DNA of 64,000 nt from an uncultured Acidimicrobiia bacterium (GCA_964633975.1 CAZWKX010000005.1:2815-66814); one strand, 5' to 3'. Positions 1 through 10,945 are shown, numbered from the stretch's first letter. Notes: generated by a model from the letters alone, not told the origin. Numbers and translations: made by a program.

Positions 1-2
1 AC

Positions 3-341
3 ATGGGGTGGACCGACACCGTGCTCGCGAATCACGCCCCTGGACTTCCGGAGCTTGTGGATGCGCTGGAGATCGCGGAGTCCATCGACTTGACAATCAC
101 CAGTGCCAGCATCCGGTATGAGAAGCCGCATCCCGGAGGCTTCGAAGCCCCTCTCGAAGCAGCCGACGATCCCATGGAGTGGTGGTCGATCGGAAACAGC
201 CTGGCCGCCGATGTACTGGGCGCCGAGCAGGCTGGCATTCCGGCAATCCTGGTGCGCCGACCAGGAGATTCCGACCGTGTCGCAGAGACACTGGACGGTG
301 TATTGAAATGGATTCGACCCCCGGGGGCCGCGGCCAGCTGA
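3..341 (+). CDS. HAD-family hydrolase, C-terminal part (5'-truncated by window edge)
   Basis: C-terminal HAD-like motifs (…GNSLAADVLGAEQAGIPAILV…); ORF runs off the window start. Confidence 0.45.
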   Translation: MGWTDTVLANHAPGLPELVDALEIAESIDLTITSASIRYEKPHPGGFEAPLEAADDPMEWWSIGNSLAADVLGAEQAGIPAILVRRPGDSDRVAETLDGVLKWIRPPGAAAS

Positions 342-441
342 TCGTTCTGGATCGCCAGGCTCGACTGTCGCGAACTCAGGTATTGTACGATGCAGTGACG
401 GAAGGGCGCAGCTGTATGCGACAGCCGGTGTAGCCGGTAGG

Positions 442-939
442 GTGATGCGTATCACAGGCAGGGACATGCGGCCGAGCTGGGACGAATACTTCCTCGCGCT
501 GGTGGACCAAGTCGCGGCGCGCGCCACCTGCGACCGGGGCAAAAGCGGCTGCGTAGTTGTACGCGACAAGCGGATCGTCTGCACCGGGTACGTCGGCTCG
601 CCTTCCACCATGCCCCATTGCGACGACGCCGGCCACGATCTACGTCGGATGCTCGATGAGGATGGCGTCATCCGTCAGCACTGCGTTCGTACGGTGCATG
701 CCGAGCAGAATGCCATCTGCCAAGCGGCCCGCTACGGGCTGCCCATCGAGGGCACAACGCTGTATTGCTCGATGGAGCCGTGCCGGATCTGTGCCATGCT
801 CATTGCCAGTGTCGGCATAGTCCGTGTTGTCTCCAGGCGGCGTTATCACGCCGGAGCGGACACACGTCACATCCTGTCGCAAGCGGGTGTGAAGCTCGAT
901 GTGGCGGAGGATGCTGTTGAGAACTACGACGCGCAGTAA
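442..939 (+). CDS. dCMP/cytidine deaminase-family protein (ComEB-like)
   Basis: Zinc-binding deaminase motifs HAEQNA … PCRICAMLI; N-term SWDEYFLALV typical of dCMP deaminases; start may be M9 (466). Confidence 0.8.
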   Translation: MMRITGRDMRPSWDEYFLALVDQVAARATCDRGKSGCVVVRDKRIVCTGYVGSPSTMPHCDDAGHDLRRMLDEDGVIRQHCVRTVHAEQNAICQAARYGLPIEGTTLYCSMEPCRICAMLIASVGIVRVVSRRRYHAGADTRHILSQAGVKLDVAEDAVENYDAQ

Positions 940-1083
940 CAGGCGACCCGACCCGGGGGCGGCCAAAGCGAGCTATCGAGTGTGGTCCAACACGACGGTT
1001 AGGCTTGCCAGATGCCCTCGCAATCTCGGCTGTGCAAACGCGCCGCGTACTCCAGATCCGCCAGGCTGCTGAGGCCGCACCCC

Positions 1084-2577
1084 ATGCGAAGGAGACGACC
1101 AGCAATCGCCGGAGGTTGGAGGCGCCTCGCCGTGCCGATGGCCCTGCTGGTCATAGCGACGCTTGTCGGTGCCTGCACCGACGAGGATCCGACCACCACG
1201 ACTGAGGTTGCAGAGCAGAAGACGACCACTACCACCACCGAGGCGCCTGCGCCGGAGACGACCGCGACGCTTGGGCAGTATGCAGGTCCCACAGTCGACA
1301 TCAGGTGGTTCATCGGCTTGGGCGCGGGCGGCGAGCCCGAACAGCTGTATGTACATGAAAATGTCGTGGCGCAGTTCAACGAAACGCATCCGAACATCAA
1401 CCTCGTTCTCGAGGTGGTCGACACACCTGATGCGTATCAGGTCCTGGCGGCACAGATCTCGGCCGGCAATGCTCCCGACATCGTGGGGCCGGTCAGCATC
1501 GGTGGGGCCAACACGTTCTCGGGGGAGTTCCTCGATCTCGAGCCGCTCATCGGCAGATCCGACTTCGATATGTCGCGATGGCCGCCAGCGGCAGTGGAGG
1601 CGCTCCGAGAACCGGATGGAGCACTCGTCTCGTTGCCCTTCGCCTCCTACCCGGCCATGATCTTCTACAACAAGACTCTGTTCGATCTCGCCGGTCTCCC
1701 CTATCCTCCTGCCGCCTTCGGCGAGCCCTACGGCGCGGGAACGGAGTGGGAAGGTGACTGGACGTTCAGCAAGCTGACCGAGATCGCCACGGTACTGACC
1801 ATCGATCTCCACGGCAGACGGGGCACCAGTGACGACTTCAGACGGGCGGAGACGGTCCAGTGGGGCTTTGTGTTCCAAGGCATGGATGATCCGAGGGCGC
1901 AGGGCAGCCTCTTCGGTGCGGGCACGTTTGTGGCCGAGGATGGATCGGCGCAGGTGCCTGGCCCATGGGCCGCGGCGTGGGAGTGGTACCACAGCGCCAT
2001 CTGGGATCTCGGGATCGCCCCCAGCCGGGAACAGCTCGACCTCGAGGCGCTTGCCGGTGACGCTTTTGCCTCGGGCACGGTTGCCATGGCCGCAGCGCAC
2101 TTCACGTACGCCTGCTGCATCACCAACCGCGATGGAACCGGCAAGGACTTCTGGGATCTCGCTCCGATGCCGACGTATGGGGCGACGGCGCATGTCGCGG
2201 CCTACACCGAGACTCTGCGGATTCTCGCCTCCACCGAGCACCCGGAGGTGGCGTTCGAGGTGCTCGAGTGGCTGGTGACCGAAGGGGCCTCCGACCTGAT
2301 CGCCTCCTACGGCGCGCTTCCCGCCGACGGAGTCGAGACCGACGCCGTCATTGCGGCCCTCGATGAGATCTACCCGCAGGGAGTCAACTGGGAGGCGGCG
2401 GTGGCGAGCTTGGCCAACGTGCACTCCCCCAGCTACGAATCAGACATGCCGAACTTCGACGAGGCGCGGGCACGGCTCGCTGAGTTCGGTGCGGCGACTC
2501 TGACTGACGCCGAGCTCGACATCGATGATGCCATTGCAGCTCTCGAGGACGACCTCACAGCCATATTCGCCGAGTGA
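1084..2577 (+). CDS. ABC transporter substrate-binding lipoprotein (sugar/solute-binding family 1)
   Basis: Signal peptide with lipobox LVGAC, Thr-rich linker (TTTEVAEQKTTTTTTE), SBP family-1 fold motifs; start placed at M25 of track ORF (ATG 1084). Confidence 0.8.
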   Translation: MRRRRPAIAGGWRRLAVPMALLVIATLVGACTDEDPTTTTEVAEQKTTTTTTEAPAPETTATLGQYAGPTVDIRWFIGLGAGGEPEQLYVHENVVAQFNETHPNINLVLEVVDTPDAYQVLAAQISAGNAPDIVGPVSIGGANTFSGEFLDLEPLIGRSDFDMSRWPPAAVEALREPDGALVSLPFASYPAMIFYNKTLFDLAGLPYPPAAFGEPYGAGTEWEGDWTFSKLTEIATVLTIDLHGRRGTSDDFRRAETVQWGFVFQGMDDPRAQGSLFGAGTFVAEDGSAQVPGPWAAAWEWYHSAIWDLGIAPSREQLDLEALAGDAFASGTVAMAAAHFTYACCITNRDGTGKDFWDLAPMPTYGATAHVAAYTETLRILASTEHPEVAFEVLEWLVTEGASDLIASYGALPADGVETDAVIAALDEIYPQGVNWEAAVASLANVHSPSYESDMPNFDEARARLAEFGAATLTDAELDIDDAIAALEDDLTAIFAE

Positions 2578-3240
2578 TGTGCGCCTTCTCACCGGCAGCC
2601 GGGCTTACGCGGGAAGTGTCACCTGGCATCGTGACGCCATGAGCGAGTCGTCTCTGACAGGAGCCGCTGGGCGCGCCGAGGTGTTGGCAGAGAGGGTCGG
2701 CCGCCGTTCCCGGTTCGCCGGCAGTTCGGCGATCCTTGGGAGCGCTGAGACCTGGGCGCTTCTGCTTCGCACCTGGGTGTTCGCTTCGTGGAAGGTGGCA
2801 CTCGCCTGATCACCGCTTCTCCTGCTCCTGATGGTGCCGGGATTCATCATTCACGGATTTTCACGCCGGGTAAGTCGGCTGGTCAGCCTGCGCTAGAGGA
2901 TTGAAGAGCGGGCCGGAGGCACAGTCGAGACAGCGAGTAAAGAGACCAGCGCAGCAGCCAGCGACGGCATCTGCTCGATGCTTGGCGCTCTAGCCGATCT
3001 ACACCACCACGGCGACCAGGCGAGGAAGCTCATCACAGACGTGGTCGGTTCGGCACGCCTGCTCATCCCCTCTGCCTAGGGCTCGTGGCGCTGGCGCTGC
3101 CCCGGATCGTCGTCGTGGCCCTCGCCGCCGTGGTCGGCCTGGTCGAAGAGATTCTGTAGGCCGTTCGCCATGCTTGCAGATGTCCCTCGTCTGTACCTGT
3201 GGCCTCGGTATCCTCGGCTCCGCACGACGACCGGAGCCGC

Positions 3241-5934
3241 ATGATCATCGACGGGTTCCACCACCAGCTCCCCGATGTCGACCCGGAAGAGACCCAGGAA
3301 TGGGTCGACGCCCTCGACCAGATCATCGACGAGGGCGGGCAGGCTCGTGCCCGCTTCCTCATGGCCAAGCTCATCGAGCGCGCCCGCAGCCGCAACGTCG
3401 GCGTCGCCGCCGCGGTAAGCACACCGTACATCAACACCATCCCGCCCGAAGAGGAGGCCTGGTTCCCCGGCGACGAGTACCTCGAAAGGCGTATTCGGCG
3501 CTTTATCCGCTGGAACGCCGCAGTCATGGTGGTGAGGGCAAACAAGAAGGCCGACGCCATCGGCGGGCACCTCTCCACGTTCGCCTCATCAGCGGCGCTG
3601 TACGAGGTCGGGTTCAATCACTTCCTCCGGGGAAAGGCGGACGGCGAACCCGGCGACCACGTCTACGTTCAAGGTCACGCCGCCCCCGGCATCTACGCCC
3701 GCGCCTTCGTCGAGCATCGCATCGATGAAGCCGACCTTGACCGGTTCCGGCGTGAGATCGACGGCGGGCTCTCCTCGTACCCCCACCCGCGTCTCATGCC
3801 GGGCTTCTGGGAATATCCCACTGTCTCGATGGGGCTGGGGCCGATCAACTCCATCTACCAGGCCCGTTTTAACAAGTATCTCCACAACCGCCGCATCGAC
3901 GACACCTCTGAGTCCCGCGTCTGGTGTTTTGCCGGAGACGGCGAGATGGACGAGCCCGAGACCCTGGGATCGATCTCCCTCGCCTCCCGCGAGAAGCTCG
4001 ACAATCTGATCTGGGTGGTGAACTGCAACCTCCAGCGTCTCGACGGGCCGGTGCGGGGCAACGGCAAGATCATTCAGGAGCTCGAGGCCATGTTCCGCGG
4101 CGCCGGCTGGAACGTCATCAAGGTGATCTGGGGCTCCAACTGGGATCCGCTGCTGGCCGGTGACGTCGACGGCGTGCTCGTTAACAGGATGAACACCTGC
4201 GTCGACGGCGAGTACCAGCGCTACAAGGCCGAGGACGGCGCCTACGTACGGGAGCACTTCTTCGGGCCGGACCCCCGGCTCCGCAAGATGGTCGAGCACA
4301 TGACCGACGATGAGATCTGGGCCCTGCGACGGGGCGGCCACGACTACCGCAAGCTCTACGCCGCCTACAAGTACGCCACCGAGCTTCGCGGCGCCCCAAC
4401 CGTCATCCTGGCCAAGACCGTAAAAGGCTGGGCCCTGGGCCCCGACGTGGAGGGACGCAACGCCACCCACCAGATCAAGAAGCTGACCAACGATCAGCTC
4501 CTGCTGCTGCGCGATCGGCTGGAGCTTCAGAACGAGATCCCCGATGATGCGCTCATCGAGGGCCTCGAGCCCCCGTACTACAGGCCGCCCCAGGACTCCC
4601 CCGAGTTCCAGTACCTCGCTCAGCGCCGTAAGGCTCTCAACGGCCCGCTCCCCAGCAGGGTGGTGAACGTGCGCCGGCCTCTGGGGCTACCCGACCACGA
4701 GCCCTTCGCCGAATTCGACGCCGGCTCGGGCACCACCGAAGTGTCCACGACCATGGCGTTCACTCGTTTGCTGCGGAATCTGGCCCGGGACCCCGGGTTC
4801 GGTGATCGTGTGGTGCCGATAATCCCCGACGAGGGCCGCACGTTCGGCATGGACGCCCTGTTCAAGGAGCTGGAGATCTACGCCTCGCAGGGCCAGGTCT
4901 ACGAGCCGGTCGACCACCATCTGCTTCTCTCCTACAAGGAGTCGCAGGCCGGTCAGATCCTCGAAGAGGGCATCACGGAAGCCGGCGCCATGGCGTCGTG
5001 GATCGCCGCCGCCACCTGCTACGCCGCCAGAGGCGTGCCCATGGTGCCGTTCTTCGCCTTCTACTCGATGTTCGGCTTCCAACGTGTCGGCGATCTCATA
5101 TGGCTCGCCGGTGACGCCAGAGCCCGCGGGTTCCTCCTGGGGGCGACGGCAGGCCGCACCACACTGCTCGGCGAAGGCCTCCAGCACCAAGACGGCCATA
5201 GTCATGTGCTCGCTTCCACGGTGCCGGTTTGTGAGGCCTACGACCCGGCCTTCGCCTACGAGATGAGCACCATCGTCGAGCACGGGCTGCACCGCATGTA
5301 CGGTCCGGAAGGCAAGGACGTCTTCTACTACCTGACCCTGTACAACGAGAACTACGCCATGCCTGCGAAGCCGAAGGGGTCCGACGACGGGATCATCGCC
5401 GGCCTCTACAAATGGGCCGACGTCCCCACCGGCACGGCGAAGCGTGCCGCCATCCTGTTCTCCGGCAGCCTTCAAGGAGCCGCTCGACGGGCCCAGGCCG
5501 AGCTAGCGGAGCACTACGGCATCGGAGCCGAGCTGTGGAGTGCCACCTCGTACAAACGACTGCGCGAAGAAGCACTGACCGCGGAGCGATGGAACCGGCT
5601 CCACCCCGAGGAAACGGCACGAGTCCCCTACGTCACCCGCATGCTCGGAGAGCTGCGCGGCCCGGTGGTGGCGATCACCGACTACATGAAGATGGTGCCG
5701 GACCAAATCGCTCGCTGGGTACCGACGCGGCTCACTCCCCTGGGCACCGACGGCTACGGCCGCAGCGACACGCGCGAGGGTTTGCGCCGCTTCTTCGAGA
5801 TTGACTGGGGTCACACCGTCGTGGCTGTGCTCGCGGGCCTAGCCGAGGCGGGCAGCCTGGAGCCGTCCGTGGTCACCGACGCCATCGTCCGGTACGAGAT
5901 CGATCCGAACGTGGCCGATCCACGGCTCCGCTGA
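3241..5934 (+). CDS. aceE: pyruvate dehydrogenase E1 component, homodimeric type
   Basis: ~900 aa with typical AceE N-terminus (DVDPEETQEWVDALD…) and ThDP-binding region (GDGEMDEPE); start at internal ATG 3241. Confidence 0.95.
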   Translation: MIIDGFHHQLPDVDPEETQEWVDALDQIIDEGGQARARFLMAKLIERARSRNVGVAAAVSTPYINTIPPEEEAWFPGDEYLERRIRRFIRWNAAVMVVRANKKADAIGGHLSTFASSAALYEVGFNHFLRGKADGEPGDHVYVQGHAAPGIYARAFVEHRIDEADLDRFRREIDGGLSSYPHPRLMPGFWEYPTVSMGLGPINSIYQARFNKYLHNRRIDDTSESRVWCFAGDGEMDEPETLGSISLASREKLDNLIWVVNCNLQRLDGPVRGNGKIIQELEAMFRGAGWNVIKVIWGSNWDPLLAGDVDGVLVNRMNTCVDGEYQRYKAEDGAYVREHFFGPDPRLRKMVEHMTDDEIWALRRGGHDYRKLYAAYKYATELRGAPTVILAKTVKGWALGPDVEGRNATHQIKKLTNDQLLLLRDRLELQNEIPDDALIEGLEPPYYRPPQDSPEFQYLAQRRKALNGPLPSRVVNVRRPLGLPDHEPFAEFDAGSGTTEVSTTMAFTRLLRNLARDPGFGDRVVPIIPDEGRTFGMDALFKELEIYASQGQVYEPVDHHLLLSYKESQAGQILEEGITEAGAMASWIAAATCYAARGVPMVPFFAFYSMFGFQRVGDLIWLAGDARARGFLLGATAGRTTLLGEGLQHQDGHSHVLASTVPVCEAYDPAFAYEMSTIVEHGLHRMYGPEGKDVFYYLTLYNENYAMPAKPKGSDDGIIAGLYKWADVPTGTAKRAAILFSGSLQGAARRAQAELAEHYGIGAELWSATSYKRLREEALTAERWNRLHPEETARVPYVTRMLGELRGPVVAITDYMKMVPDQIARWVPTRLTPLGTDGYGRSDTREGLRRFFEIDWGHTVVAVLAGLAEAGSLEPSVVTDAIVRYEIDPNVADPRLR

Positions 5935-5976
5935 TCGGTCCAGCCACGCCCGGCGCCAGCCTCTAGATTCCGGGCC

Positions 5977-7503
5977 ATGCTCCTGCACGATCTCGTGATG
6001 ACATCGGAGGCCGTGCGTTTGACTTCCTCGCGCTCGGCCAAGATCGAGCTGCTGGCCGCCTACCTGAGGAGTCTGGGCGACGACGAGATAGCGCTTGGTG
6101 CGTCGTTCCTCGCCGGGGAGCGCCCGCTGAAGCGCCTGGGCATCGGGTGGCGGACCCTCGAGGAGGTGCAATCGACTCCGGCCTCTCCCCCACCCACGCT
6201 GACCATCAACGAGGTCGACACCGTGCTGCGCCAAGCGGCCGCGGCATCCGGCCCGGGAAGCACGACGCGACGTATCGAAGCGCTCGAATCGCTGTTCAAC
6301 CGCGCCACCGAGCCGCAGCAGGGTTTCCTACAAGCCCTGATACTGGGCGAGCTGCGCCAGGGCGCCCTGGAGGGCCTGGTCGTCGAAGCGATCGGCCGCG
6401 CCTTCGAGACACCGACCGACGCGGTGCGCCGTGCCCTGATGGTGAGCGGCGACCTGGGAACGATTGCCACGGCGGCCCGCAGCGGAGGGCGGGAAGCGCT
6501 CGGGCAATTCTCACTAACCCTGTTCCGTCCACTACGGCCGATGTTGGCGCAGACGGCTCCCGACCTGGATGCGGCCTTGGCCAGGCTGCCCTCGGCGGCT
6601 CTCGAAGCCAAGATCGACGGGGCTCGGACCCAAGTGCACCGGGACGGTGAGCAGGTCGCCGTGTACACACGGACCCTTCGAGACATCACCGCTCAGGTGC
6701 CCGAGGTAGTGGAGGCGGCACGTTCCGTTCCGGCACGGCGACTGATCCTCGACGGTGAGGTGGTAGCGCTGCGACGCGACGGCAGGCCTCATCCCTTTCA
6801 GGTGACCATGGGCAGACTGGGCGGCAAGATGAGCGCCGATGCGCCGTACCTGCCCCTCACGCCGCTCTTCTTCGACTGCCTCCACCTCGACGGCATGGAT
6901 CTCATCGATCGCCCCGGTGCTGAGCGTTTTGCGGCCCTAGAGGCTCGTTTGCACCCGGCGCTGCTGGTGCCCCGGGCGGTGACCCATTCTGCCGATGAAG
7001 CCGCCGCCTTCTACGAGCGAGTGCTCGACCTGGGGCACGAAGGCGTGATGGTCAAATCACTCGAGGCGAAGTACGAGGCGGGCCGGCGCGGGGCCACATG
7101 GCTCAAGGTGAAGCCGGCGCACACGCTCGATCTGGTGGTGCTGGCCGTCGAGTGGGGAACGGGCCGCCGGCGGGGCCGGCTGAGCAATCTGCACCTCGGG
7201 GCACGGGATCCCGACGCCGGTGGATTCGTCATGCTCGGCAAGACCTTCAAAGGGCTCACCGACGAGATGCTGGAGTGGCAAACCCGGAGGTTCCTCGAGC
7301 TGGAGACGCACCGTGAGAGACACGTCGTCCACGTGCGGCCGGAGCAAGTCGTCGAGGTGGCCTTCGACGGGGTGCAGGCATCACCTCGCTATCCGGGTGG
7401 CGTCGCGTTGCGTTTCGGCCGGGTCAAGGGCTACCGGCATGACAAGACGGCCGACGACGCCGACACGATCGACGCGGTGAGGGCCCTCCACGCAGGCCCA
7501 TGA
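5977..7503 (+). CDS. lig: ATP-dependent DNA ligase (LigB-like)
   Basis: Adenylation motif KxDG (EAKIDGAR), OB-fold region, ~508 aa. Confidence 0.9.
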   Translation: MLLHDLVMTSEAVRLTSSRSAKIELLAAYLRSLGDDEIALGASFLAGERPLKRLGIGWRTLEEVQSTPASPPPTLTINEVDTVLRQAAAASGPGSTTRRIEALESLFNRATEPQQGFLQALILGELRQGALEGLVVEAIGRAFETPTDAVRRALMVSGDLGTIATAARSGGREALGQFSLTLFRPLRPMLAQTAPDLDAALARLPSAALEAKIDGARTQVHRDGEQVAVYTRTLRDITAQVPEVVEAARSVPARRLILDGEVVALRRDGRPHPFQVTMGRLGGKMSADAPYLPLTPLFFDCLHLDGMDLIDRPGAERFAALEARLHPALLVPRAVTHSADEAAAFYERVLDLGHEGVMVKSLEAKYEAGRRGATWLKVKPAHTLDLVVLAVEWGTGRRRGRLSNLHLGARDPDAGGFVMLGKTFKGLTDEMLEWQTRRFLELETHRERHVVHVRPEQVVEVAFDGVQASPRYPGGVALRFGRVKGYRHDKTADDADTIDAVRALHAGP

Positions 7504-7571
7504 GCGCGCACCCGTGCTACCGGGCATCTCGGTTGTCTAATGCCGGCCTGAAAACGCCTGGCCTCTGGTGC

Positions 7572-8138
7572 CTAGTTGAGTGAGGGGTGCGGCGGGAAAT
7601 CGGCGAAGAACGCCAGGTGGCCGTGCTGCCGCCGCAGCACGGTGCGCCACAGGTCCACCGGCTCACCGGAAAAGGGGTCGTCGGGCCGCGAGTCGAGAAT
7701 GAACCAGTCGCCGGAGGCCACTTCAAAGTCGAGCTGGCCGTCCGTCCACCCCGCATATCCGGCGAAGACTCGTAGGGACTCGAGAGCACCGACCTCGTCG
7801 CCCGGCGTTACCGACAGATCCAGGAGCCCGAGCCGATCGTCTATCGGAGTCCAGGTATCAGACTCGGCTCGGCCGGCGTATTCGGGCAGGAGCCGGGCCA
7901 ACGCCACCGCCATCTCCGGCTCGACCGGGCCGCCCACAAAGACGACCTCGGGGCCCGCGAGAGCTTCGACCCAACCGGGAAGCAGGTCGCCCACCGGAAG
8001 TTCGGCAGGGCGATTCAGGATGAGGCCTAAAGCCCCGTCGTCATCGTGGCGGCACACCAGCACGACGGCGCGCCAGAAGTTCGGATCGATGAGCCCGGGC
8101 CCGGCCACCAAGAGCCTGCCCTCGAGCGACACGGCCAT
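7572..8138 (-). CDS. YqgE/AlgH-family protein (UPF0301)
   Basis: LLVAGPGLIDPNFWRAVVLVCRHDDDGALGLILNRP signature; start moved to ATG 8136-8138 (M70 of the long track ORF). Confidence 0.8.
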   Translation of the reverse strand: MAVSLEGRLLVAGPGLIDPNFWRAVVLVCRHDDDGALGLILNRPAELPVGDLLPGWVEALAGPEVVFVGGPVEPEMAVALARLLPEYAGRAESDTWTPIDDRLGLLDLSVTPGDEVGALESLRVFAGYAGWTDGQLDFEVASGDWFILDSRPDDPFSGEPVDLWRTVLRRQHGHLAFFADFPPHPSLN

Positions 8139-8198
8139 GGCATCATCATGCCACCGAAGTCGAGCATGGCGCCATGACCAGCGGGTAGGGTCTCGCAC

Positions 8199-9278
8199 AT
8201 GAGGACCGGTGAGGCCGCCGGAGCAAGGACCTCGAAGAGCCGGGCGCTCCGCATCTTCAAGACGGTGGCGCCGCTTGCCATTGCCGCCGTGCTGCTGGTC
8301 ATCGTGCTGCCCCAGTTTGCCGAGTACGGCGACGTGTGGCGGCACGTGCGCTCGCTGACGTTTGCCGAAGTCGTCATCCTCATCGCCTTCTCCGCCTGGA
8401 ACATTCTCACCTACCAGTTCGTGATGATGGCCGCCCTACCGGGGCTGAGCCTGAGCCAGGCCTATCACACCGGGCAGATCTCGACCGCGGTCACGAACAC
8501 GCTGCCGGCCGGGAGCCTTGTGGGCGTCGGCGTCACCTATGCCGTGCTGGCGTCGTTCGGCCATGGGGCGGCGGCCATAGCCCTGGCCGCGGTGCTCACC
8601 GGGTGGTGGACCACACTGGCCAAGTTTGCCCTGCCTTCGGCGGCGCTGCTGATCCTGGCCTTTCGCGGTGGCACCGACGCCCGCCTCTTGTCGGCGGCTC
8701 TCACCGGGCTGGCCCTTCTTGTGGTCTCCATCGTGGCGCTCGTGTTCGTCACCACCAGCGATCGTTTCGCCCGCCTCATCGGCCGGACTCTGGCGCGCTG
8801 GTACTCAAGGCTGAGACGCCTGGTCCGCAAGCCCCCGGTCGAAGGCTGGGACGAGCGTTTCAGCCATTTCCGGGAATCGAGCGCAGGCCTGCTGCGGCGC
8901 CGCTGGCACCTGCTCACCGTGGCCACCATCGTCAGCTACCTGTCGCTGTTCTGGGTGTTGCTCAGCGCCCTTCGGGTACTCGAGGTACCTCCAAGCGTCA
9001 TCTCGTGGCCCGAGGCATTAGGCGCTTTCGCCGTCGTCACCCTGGCTACGGCCGTGCCGATAACACCGGGCAGCCTCGGCGTCACCGAAGTCGGCATGGC
9101 TCTGGCACTCGAGATCGCCGCAGCCGATCCCCGCTACGACGCCGCGATCGTTGCCGCGGTTCTCCTCTACAGGGCCCTCACCTACTTCCTGCAGGTGCTG
9201 CTCGGGATCCTCTCCTACTTCCTGTGGAGATGGCACGTTAACCTGCCGGAGGACAGCGCCGAGAGCGCCGGCGTCTAG
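8199..9278 (+). CDS. integral membrane protein, lysyl-phosphatidylglycerol synthase TM-region-like (flippase-like, UPF0104)
   Basis: 8-10 predicted TM helices, no catalytic domain; family assignment by sequence style only. Confidence 0.65.
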   Translation: MRTGEAAGARTSKSRALRIFKTVAPLAIAAVLLVIVLPQFAEYGDVWRHVRSLTFAEVVILIAFSAWNILTYQFVMMAALPGLSLSQAYHTGQISTAVTNTLPAGSLVGVGVTYAVLASFGHGAAAIALAAVLTGWWTTLAKFALPSAALLILAFRGGTDARLLSAALTGLALLVVSIVALVFVTTSDRFARLIGRTLARWYSRLRRLVRKPPVEGWDERFSHFRESSAGLLRRRWHLLTVATIVSYLSLFWVLLSALRVLEVPPSVISWPEALGAFAVVTLATAVPITPGSLGVTEVGMALALEIAAADPRYDAAIVAAVLLYRALTYFLQVLLGILSYFLWRWHVNLPEDSAESAGV

Positions 9279-9730
9279 CCGAATCGCTTCTCGTAGTACT
9301 GCTGATGGTAGTCCTCGGCCTGGTAGAACTCTGAAGCCGGGACGATCTCGGTGGCGATGGGGCAATCGAATCGGCCGGACGCCTGGAGTGTCTCGACCGA
9401 GCGCCGCACCGCCACCTCCTGCTCGGCGTTGTGCACGAAGATTACGGATCGGTACTGGGTCCCGACATCGGGGCCTTGGCGATTCACTTGGGTGGGGTCG
9501 TGCACGCCCCAGAACAGCTCGAGCAGCTCCTCGTAGCTGATGATCTCCGGGTCGTAGGCAATCTCAACGGTTTCGGCGTGGCCGGTGCCGTTGCTGCAGA
9601 CCGCCTCGTATGTGGGGTTCTCGGTCTCGCCTCCGGCGTAGCCGACACGAGTGTCGACGACGCCGTCGACACGACGAAAGGCATCCTCGACTCCCCAGAA
9701 GCAGCCTGCCGCGAAACTGGCCTTCTCCAT
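9275..9730 (-). CDS. msrA: peptide methionine sulfoxide reductase MsrA
   Basis: [18 protein letters not shown]…GYAGG catalytic motif; start at ATG 9728-9730, not the 272-aa track ORF. Confidence 0.9.
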   Translation of the reverse strand: MEKASFAAGCFWGVEDAFRRVDGVVDTRVGYAGGETENPTYEAVCSNGTGHAETVEIAYDPEIISYEELLELFWGVHDPTQVNRQGPDVGTQYRSVIFVHNAEQEVAVRRSVETLQASGRFDCPIATEIVPASEFYQAEDYHQQYYEKRFG

Positions 9731-9854
9731 GCGCTCTCCCCGGTTGGGCAGGACCGGAGAGTATCTGACGCATCGACCTACACCAGTGTGTTTCCCCAGG
9801 TCCAGCGCTCTTGACACAGGGGTTACCTTGTGACCGTCGCCGTAGGAGACGTCA

Positions 9855-10067
9855 GTGGCCTGGCTCTGGACCGACACCCTTGCGTACCTGCTGATGGAGC
9901 ACGATGGTGTGGCTCCGGAGCTGCTCCGCGCCTGGATTCGGCGGCCGATGGGTGTCCGTCTCGCTGACGGTACCGATCCGCTGGCGCTGGCGCGCAGCCT
10001 GCTGGTGGGACAAGAGCCCGACGCCGACGCCGGAGCCACCGCGTCGGCGGTGGCACGGCGCACGTGA
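9855..10067 (+). CDS. small hypothetical protein (70 aa)
   Basis: GTG start preceded by AGGAGA at -11..-6; GC3 ~80%; lies in the 340-nt gap between msrA and the DsrE-like gene. Confidence 0.35.
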   Translation: MAWLWTDTLAYLLMEHDGVAPELLRAWIRRPMGVRLADGTDPLALARSLLVGQEPDADAGATASAVARRT

Positions 10068-10070
10068 CAC

Positions 10071-10598
10071 TCAGACGAAGAGCATTTGGGCACCTTCGCT
10101 GAGCTTCAGGAATCGCGCCACGTTGATGGTCTCCTCGACCTCGTCGACGAAGTCGCCGCCGCTGAGCCCCATCATGTCAACCGACGCCTTGCAGGCCCAC
10201 AGGTGGGCGCCGGCATCGGCAACGTGGGTGATGAACTCATGCACCGTGGGAATGTCGATGCCGGCGATCTTGCGCTTCATCATCCATGAGGCCATGCTCG
10301 ACATGCCGGGGAGAACCCCGAGCAGCTGCGGCATGGCGAGCGAAGTGCCGCCCATGCGCATGGCGGTGTTGCCCACCGGCGTAACGGTCAGCTTGTCGAC
10401 CGTCTTCTTGCGGATGATGTCGAGCCCCCAGAAAGTGAAGAAGAGGTGCACCTCGATGCCTTCCTCCAGAGCGCCGTTGGCCATGATGAGAGCCGGGTAT
10501 GCCATGTCCAGCGTGCCCTTGGAGCAGATGATGCAGAGCTTGCGGTCGGTACTGTCGTCGAAATCGGGGGTGAAGAACCCCTCAGGTGCTGTCGTCAT
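10071..10598 (-). CDS. DsrE/DsrF-like (DrsE_2-type) sulfur-relay family protein
   Basis: [40 protein letters not shown] matches the DsrE/DrsE fold signature (conserved Cys, FFTFWG); GAAGGAG RBS 8 nt upstream. Confidence 0.7.
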   Translation of the reverse strand: MTTAPEGFFTPDFDDSTDRKLCIICSKGTLDMAYPALIMANGALEEGIEVHLFFTFWGLDIIRKKTVDKLTVTPVGNTAMRMGGTSLAMPQLLGVLPGMSSMASWMMKRKIAGIDIPTVHEFITHVADAGAHLWACKASVDMMGLSGGDFVDEVEETINVARFLKLSEGAQMLFV

Positions 10599-10627
10599 GT
10601 CGTCTGGCTCCTTCTGCCTGAAATGCC

Positions 10628-10945
10628 CTACACGCAGCCCTTGGGCTTGGGAAGCCCGGAAACGTACGCCATCTTGCGGGCCGGCTTGTTGGGGAACAGC
10701 TCGTAGAGCTGCTTCGTCGGCACACCGGCCGATGTCGACACCCGCCGCAACGTGGCGGTCTCTCCCTGTTCGGCGAAGTCGGCACGAAGGAACCGGATCA
10801 CTGCCCAGTGGTCCTCCGTGAGCTCGTCAATGCCGATCTGGCGAGCCAGGAAGCGCGCTATCTCTTCGTTCCACTCGCTGGGATCGGTCATGAAGCCCTC
10901 TTCGTTGATGTGGACCTCTTGCCCGGCGATGGTCACGCTGGCCAT
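10628..10945 (-). CDS. TusE/DsrC-family sulfur-transfer protein
   Basis: C-terminus …LFPNKPARKMAYVSGLPKPKGCV matches the TusE/DsrC arm with the penultimate Cys; AGGAG RBS. Confidence 0.75.
   Translation of the reverse strand: MASVTIAGQEVHINEEGFMTDPSEWNEEIARFLARQIGIDELTEDHWAVIRFLRADFAEQGETATLRRVSTSAGVPTKQLYELFPNKPARKMAYVSGLPKPKGCV

Noticed and set aside
973-2424. Long Arg/Pro/Gly-rich ORFs antisense to real genes (here and at 3589-4470, 6060-6689, 20015-20860, 23152-23853, 30317-32017, 35487-37613, 48566-51256, 53623-54882, 54717-56501, 57861-59828, 61391-62545)
   Set aside because: Typical stop-codon-poor antisense frames of a ~70% GC genome. Each overlaps a gene with strong homology on the other strand and they have biased low-complexity composition.
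9275-10093. 272-aa MsrA track ORF with long Ser/Ala/Arg N-terminal extension
   Set aside because: MsrA homologues start ~10 residues before GCFWG. The extension overlaps the small + strand ORF region and lacks protein-like composition. ATG 9730 was used.
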